In this document: one piece after another, positions 60,432 through 64,000 of the stretch
Numbering within the stretch: the first letter of the stretch is position 1
Layout: every line of letters starts with the position of its first letter
NCBI GenBank assembly: GCA_965648905.1
Contig: CBFGIT010000003.1
Coordinates: 32,001-96,000, forward strand
DNA: 64,000 bases
Direction: 5' to 3'
Origin: a candidate division WOR-3 bacterium
GTDB lineage: Bacteria; Hydrothermota; Tepidihabitantia; Tepidihabitantales; Tepidihabitantaceae
Notes under the pieces: model-generated
Told to the model about the DNA's origin: nothing
The model's input: only the letters and a program-made list of their open reading frames with translations
The model's database searches: none
Position numbers and translations under genes: made by a program

Positions 60432-60503
60432 TCTTATCTGTGAATCTGGTAATCTGGGAATCTGAATATCTGGTCTTCCTCTAGCGGCGGCGAAGCCGCC
60501 GCT
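60424..60503 (+). promoter_or_regulatory. DGR target-recognition region 2: IMH end, 5xATCTG array and perfect hairpin
   Basis: AGCGGCGGC-GAA-GCCGCCGCT at 60483..60503. Confidence 0.78.
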
Positions 60504-60538
60504 CGGCCGCAAAAAAGGGGGCAGCCTGCAGCCGACTG

Positions 60539-60594
60539 CGTGCAGCCAACAGCCGACAGCTTACAGCCATCAGCCGCCAGCGTACAGTTATCAG
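60539..60594 (+). repeat. Heptamer array (NNNNCAG x8)
   Basis: cgtgcag ccaacag ccgacag cttacag ccatcag ccgccag cgtacag ttatcag. Confidence 0.75.
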
Positions 60595-60969
60595 CCTGTG
60601 GCTGAATGAGTTAGACGGCTTCGCTCGGAACGGACCAGTAAGCCTCGAACTGACGATGACTTGCCTGAGACCTGGGTCAGGGAGGGGCCGTACCCTACGC
60701 CGTAACTACGTCTCCGACTCAAAGTGCGGTTGAGCTGGCGCTTGCCTTTGTCTTACCCGGTCTTATGCCGCGCGATGTTGCCGAGGCCTTACTTCACATG
60801 TTGTCTTGGGTGCTGTCTCGACCGATGCCGCGGGCAGAAGCTCAAGCAGCAAAACAGGCAGCAGCTCGTGCAGGTAGTCAGGCAGTTACGTCAGCGGGTC
60901 TCTGAGCGTCGATGTCGGCGACTTGGCCGGCGTCAGCCCGATAATCACGCCCGGTTTCATGCAGGTATT

Positions 60970-63318
60970 CTACCGGGCGAAAACGAGCTTCGTAACGGTC
61001 GTTGATGCCGACCGGGTGCGGAGAAAGTAGACGCCCGGGGCAAGTCGGCCCAAGTCGTTTGAGCCGGACGAAAGGTCCACGACCTTGCGGCCGTCTGCGG
61101 CCAGGAGTGATGAGCCGTGTTCGGTGACAAAGAGAAGCCGACGTGCGACGACAGTTCTCGCTCCAGGCGTCGGCCCTTGCCGACGGTTCTCGGCCAGCGC
61201 AGCCGCGGTCGTGTCGCGGATAACCGTGATGCTCGAACCCGTGCTGTTTGCGACGTAGACTCGGCCGCGGTTCTGGTTGTGCGCCAGACCAATCGGGCCG
61301 TAGCCGACCCCAAGCGTCTGTTCCACGGTGTTGGTAGCGCAGTTGATGACCGTGACGTTGTCGCTTAGGGAGTTGGCGCAGTAGACCCGGTTGTGCGGGC
61401 GGTCGTAAAGTAGTGCGTTCGGGCCGTCGCCGACCGAAGCCGCAGCGACGACTGCGAGCGCGGCCACGTCTACAACCGAGACCTGGTCGCTGCCGTTGTC
61501 GGCGACGTAGACCAGAGGCCCGGGGCCGCTTGTGAGCGCGCTTGGCATCAGGCCGACCGCAACCGTGCCGAGCACGCTGTCACCGGCCGCGTCGATCACC
61601 GAGACGCTGGCGCCACCGTTGTTGGCACACGCAATTCGGCCGGTCGGCTGGTTCAGGCAGAGGGCATCCGGTCGAATGCCGGTAGTGATGGTCGTGCGCG
61701 GCTGGTGCGTCAGGGCGTCAATGACGGTGACGGTATTGGAAGAGGTGTTGGCGCAGTAGACCTTGTCGCCATCCGGCCCGACAAGGAGTGCCCGCGGACG
61801 TGAGCCGACCGGAACCGTGGCGATGACCGAGTCAGTCCGGCAGTCTACGACCGAGACTGTACCCGAAGTGTTGTTGGCGCAGTAGACCGCGCGTTCAGTC
61901 TCATTGGCGACGAGGGCGGTTGGTTTGCCGCCGACCGGAATACGGGCAACGACTGTGTCGGCCGACCCGGCGATGACCGTGACTTGGTTGTCGGTTGCGC
62001 AGGCGGCATAGACCTTATCCATGCCGAGCGCGAGCGCGGTCGGATTGACCCCGGTGCGGACCGTCGCAAGGACACGGTTGTCTTCGCCGCTGATGACCGA
62101 AACCGTGCTGCTCCACTGGTTGGCCGAGTAGACTTTGTTCTGTTCGGCGTGCCAGACGACCGCTCCGGGCCAGCATCCGAGCGGGACCGTCGAGCGCACC
62201 GCGCTGGTCGCCGCATCAATGACTGTCACGTCGCAACTGTGCCAGTTGACGCAGTAGACCCGACCCGCACCTGGGTCACAGGCAATCGTCCAGGGATAGT
62301 CGCCGGCCAGAACCGTGGCGATGACCGAATCGGTTCTGGTGTCAATCACCGACACACTGCCCGCACTCTGATTGGCACAGAAGACCCGGCTCGTGGTCGA
62401 ATCAAAGCACAGGGCGACCGGTCGGTCCCCAACCCGCACCGTGGCGAGCACGCTGTCGCCGAGCGCGTCAATCACGGTTACATCGTCGGTGTTCATGTTG
62501 GCGCAGTAGACCTTGCCGGCCGGGCCGGGAATGAGTGCCCGGGGCGTGTTGCCGACCGGTAGAGTCGCGACCACGGTGTTGGTCAGCGCGTTGATGACCG
62601 TGACCGAGTTGTCGAGCGCATTGGCACAGTAGACCCGGTCGCCGGCCGCGTCACAGCAGAGCAGCCGCGGGGTCAGGCCGACCGGAATCGTGGCCAGGAC
62701 CGTATCGGCTCTGGCGTCCACTACCGTTACCGTGTTGTCTGTCTCGTTCGCGACATATATCCGATTCAGCCTGCTGTTGCCGGCGACAAAGCAGGGTCGA
62801 GCGCCGGTCCGGACCGTGCCGAGCAAGGTGTTGGTCACGCCGTCAATCACGCTCAGACGGCCCGCAGTGTACATCGCGCAGTAGACTTTGTTCCCGGTCG
62901 CGTTGACGGCCAGAGCACAGGCCGACCAGCCGATACTGATATCCGCAAGGACCTCAAAGGTCGCGCCGTCAATCACGGTGAGCAGGTTGTCGTAGTAGTT
63001 GGCGCAGTAGACCTTGTTGGCGGCCGGGTTGTAAGCCGCGTCAATCGTGAAGTAGCCGGAGCGCACCAAGGCGAGCTTGTCGCCCCGGATGCCGTCAAAG
63101 ACGATGGTGCGCTCGCCTTCCTGGCCACTGACAAAGACCGCATTGTTGGCGGTATTGACCGCGATTGCCCGCGGACTCAGGAGCCCGCCGAACGAGTCGG
63201 GCAACGTGATGGTTGTCTCAAGGAACTGGGCCGACCCGACCGAGACCGCAAACCACCACGCGGCCAACCGAACGGTGACCACCAAAGCTTCAGGAGCGGA
63301 CCGGCACCAGGGCATCAC
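60970..63318 (-). CDS. YVTN/YncE beta-propeller repeat surface protein with T9SS-like tail
   Basis: About 16 repeats of KVYCAN....V.VID.....V.A...VG..P. Tail DGRKV..L..G.ND...LAPGVYF. Confidence 0.88.
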   Translation of the reverse strand: MMPWCRSAPEALVVTVRLAAWWFAVSVGSAQFLETTITLPDSFGGLLSPRAIAVNTANNAVFVSGQEGERTIVFDGIRGDKLALVRSGYFTIDAAYNPAANKVYCANYYDNLLTVIDGATFEVLADISIGWSACALAVNATGNKVYCAMYTAGRLSVIDGVTNTLLGTVRTGARPCFVAGNSRLNRIYVANETDNTVTVVDARADTVLATIPVGLTPRLLCCDAAGDRVYCANALDNSVTVINALTNTVVATLPVGNTPRALIPGPAGKVYCANMNTDDVTVIDALGDSVLATVRVGDRPVALCFDSTTSRVFCANQSAGSVSVIDTRTDSVIATVLAGDYPWTIACDPGAGRVYCVNWHSCDVTVIDAATSAVRSTVPLGCWPGAVVWHAEQNKVYSANQWSSTVSVISGEDNRVLATVRTGVNPTALALGMDKVYAACATDNQVTVIAGSADTVVARIPVGGKPTALVANETERAVYCANNTSGTVSVVDCRTDSVIATVPVGSRPRALLVGPDGDKVYCANTSSNTVTVIDALTHQPRTTITTGIRPDALCLNQPTGRIACANNGGASVSVIDAAGDSVLGTVAVGLMPSALTSGPGPLVYVADNGSDQVSVVDVAALAVVAAASVGDGPNALLYDRPHNRVYCANSLSDNVTVINCATNTVEQTLGVGYGPIGLAHNQNRGRVYVANSTGSSITVIRDTTAAALAENRRQGPTPGARTVVARRLLFVTEHGSSLLAADGRKVVDLSSGSNDLGRLAPGVYFLRTRSASTTVTKLVFAR

Positions 63319-63323
63319 GCCAA

Positions 63324-63360
63324 GAGCGGGCGGGGACAGAACGCAACATCCCGCCCGCTC
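63324..63360 (-). terminator. Intergenic hairpin (possible terminator or attenuator)
   Basis: GAGCGGGCGGG / CCCGCCCGCTC 11-bp stem, weak U tract. Confidence 0.4.
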
Positions 63361-63372
63361 AGTTCATGAGTC

Positions 63373-63999
63373 CTATCTCAGGACTGAGGTTGTCACGCGA
63401 CTGGTCACGGCTCCGCGTGTCAGTTCGTAGATGTACAGGCCGCTGGCAACCGGTTGGCCTGAGTCGTCAGCAAGGTCCCACTGGACCGTGTTCGCTCCGG
63501 CCGGCATTGTGCCCGTAACCAGGGTCCGTACCAGCCGGCCTGCGGCCGAGCAAACGCGCAGACTGACCGGCCCGGCCTGGGGCAGCACAAACCGCACCGC
63601 ACTCGCGTGGGTAGCCGGATTGGCTCGGGCCAGCGCCAGCCCGAGCGGAACGGGTGGCTCCGGCTCAGCAACGCTGACCAGATAGGGCTCGATCCAGGAC
63701 CGGATGACGTACTCGTCAAATCCTTCCATGCCACCGACCACAATCATTGCCGTGTCAATCACGTAGTTCAGCGGAATGTAGCCGTTGATGCGATACTGGT
63801 TCCAGGCTGTGCCGTTGTCACCAAAGAATGGGAAGCTGAACTGACGGGCGTAGTAGCGAACCGTGGTCATGTCGTCCCAAGCGTTGATTGCCATCGGCAG
63901 GAACCCCTGGTCGCGGTAGTCGTCGTACATCGCCTGGACTCGCGGTAACTCCGCGAGGCAGCCCTGTCAGCCCGAATACCAGAAGAACAGTTGAATTGT
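63373..63999 (-). CDS. Putative selenoprotein: TlpA/redoxin-like domain (UxxC) + FlgD-Ig tail; 5' part lies outside the window
   Basis: Reading through the UGA at 63969..63967 gives TIQLFFWYSG-U-QGCLAELPRVQAMYDDYRDQGF...IPLNYVID. SECIS-like hairpin at 63957..63939. Confidence 0.8.
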
Positions 64000-64000
64000 C

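Noticed and set aside
60600..60965. Small ORFs between DGR target 2 and the YVTN gene
   Set aside because: No RBS, motif or convincing coding pattern on either strand.
63967..63969. Genome-wide UGA reassignment (code 4/25)
   Set aside because: Many well-conserved genes here end in TGA at the expected position (e.g. 54764, 57576, 59372).

Overview
A GC-rich bacterial window from a diderm (LPS-making) organism. Many secreted proteins carry FlgD-Ig/T9SS-like C-terminal domains and there is a gingipain-like C25 protease, which suggests an FCB-group lineage such as WOR-3 (inference, not verified). Housekeeping content includes a cmk-plsC-ispH-rpsA-mtaB-skp-lpxD-lpxC-fabZ-lpxA-folC operon, copA, a CDF transporter, hutU, tRNA-Ser(GGA), cell-wall enzymes and an IS110 remnant. 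The main discovery is a complete diversity-generating retroelement (Avd, 125-bp template repeat, RT) inside a ~13-kb co-directional signalling cluster (47263-60431). It has two targets whose variable regions differ from the template almost only at adenines (24/24 and 16/17 differences). One target is a membrane receptor Ser/Thr kinase with a hypervariable FGE-type C-lectin ectodomain; the other is a secreted or anchored Zn-ribbon/FGE protein. The cluster also encodes a PASTA kinase, an FHA-FHA-ABC exporter, three LEA_2 proteins and a second Avd-like four-helix-bundle gene flanked by inverted heptamer arrays. Other notable signals are a likely selenoprotein (in-frame UGA in UxxC plus a SECIS-like hairpin) at the right edge, REP-like palindromes between TR and RT, and a recurring promoter pattern with 16-bp spacers and leaderless starts.
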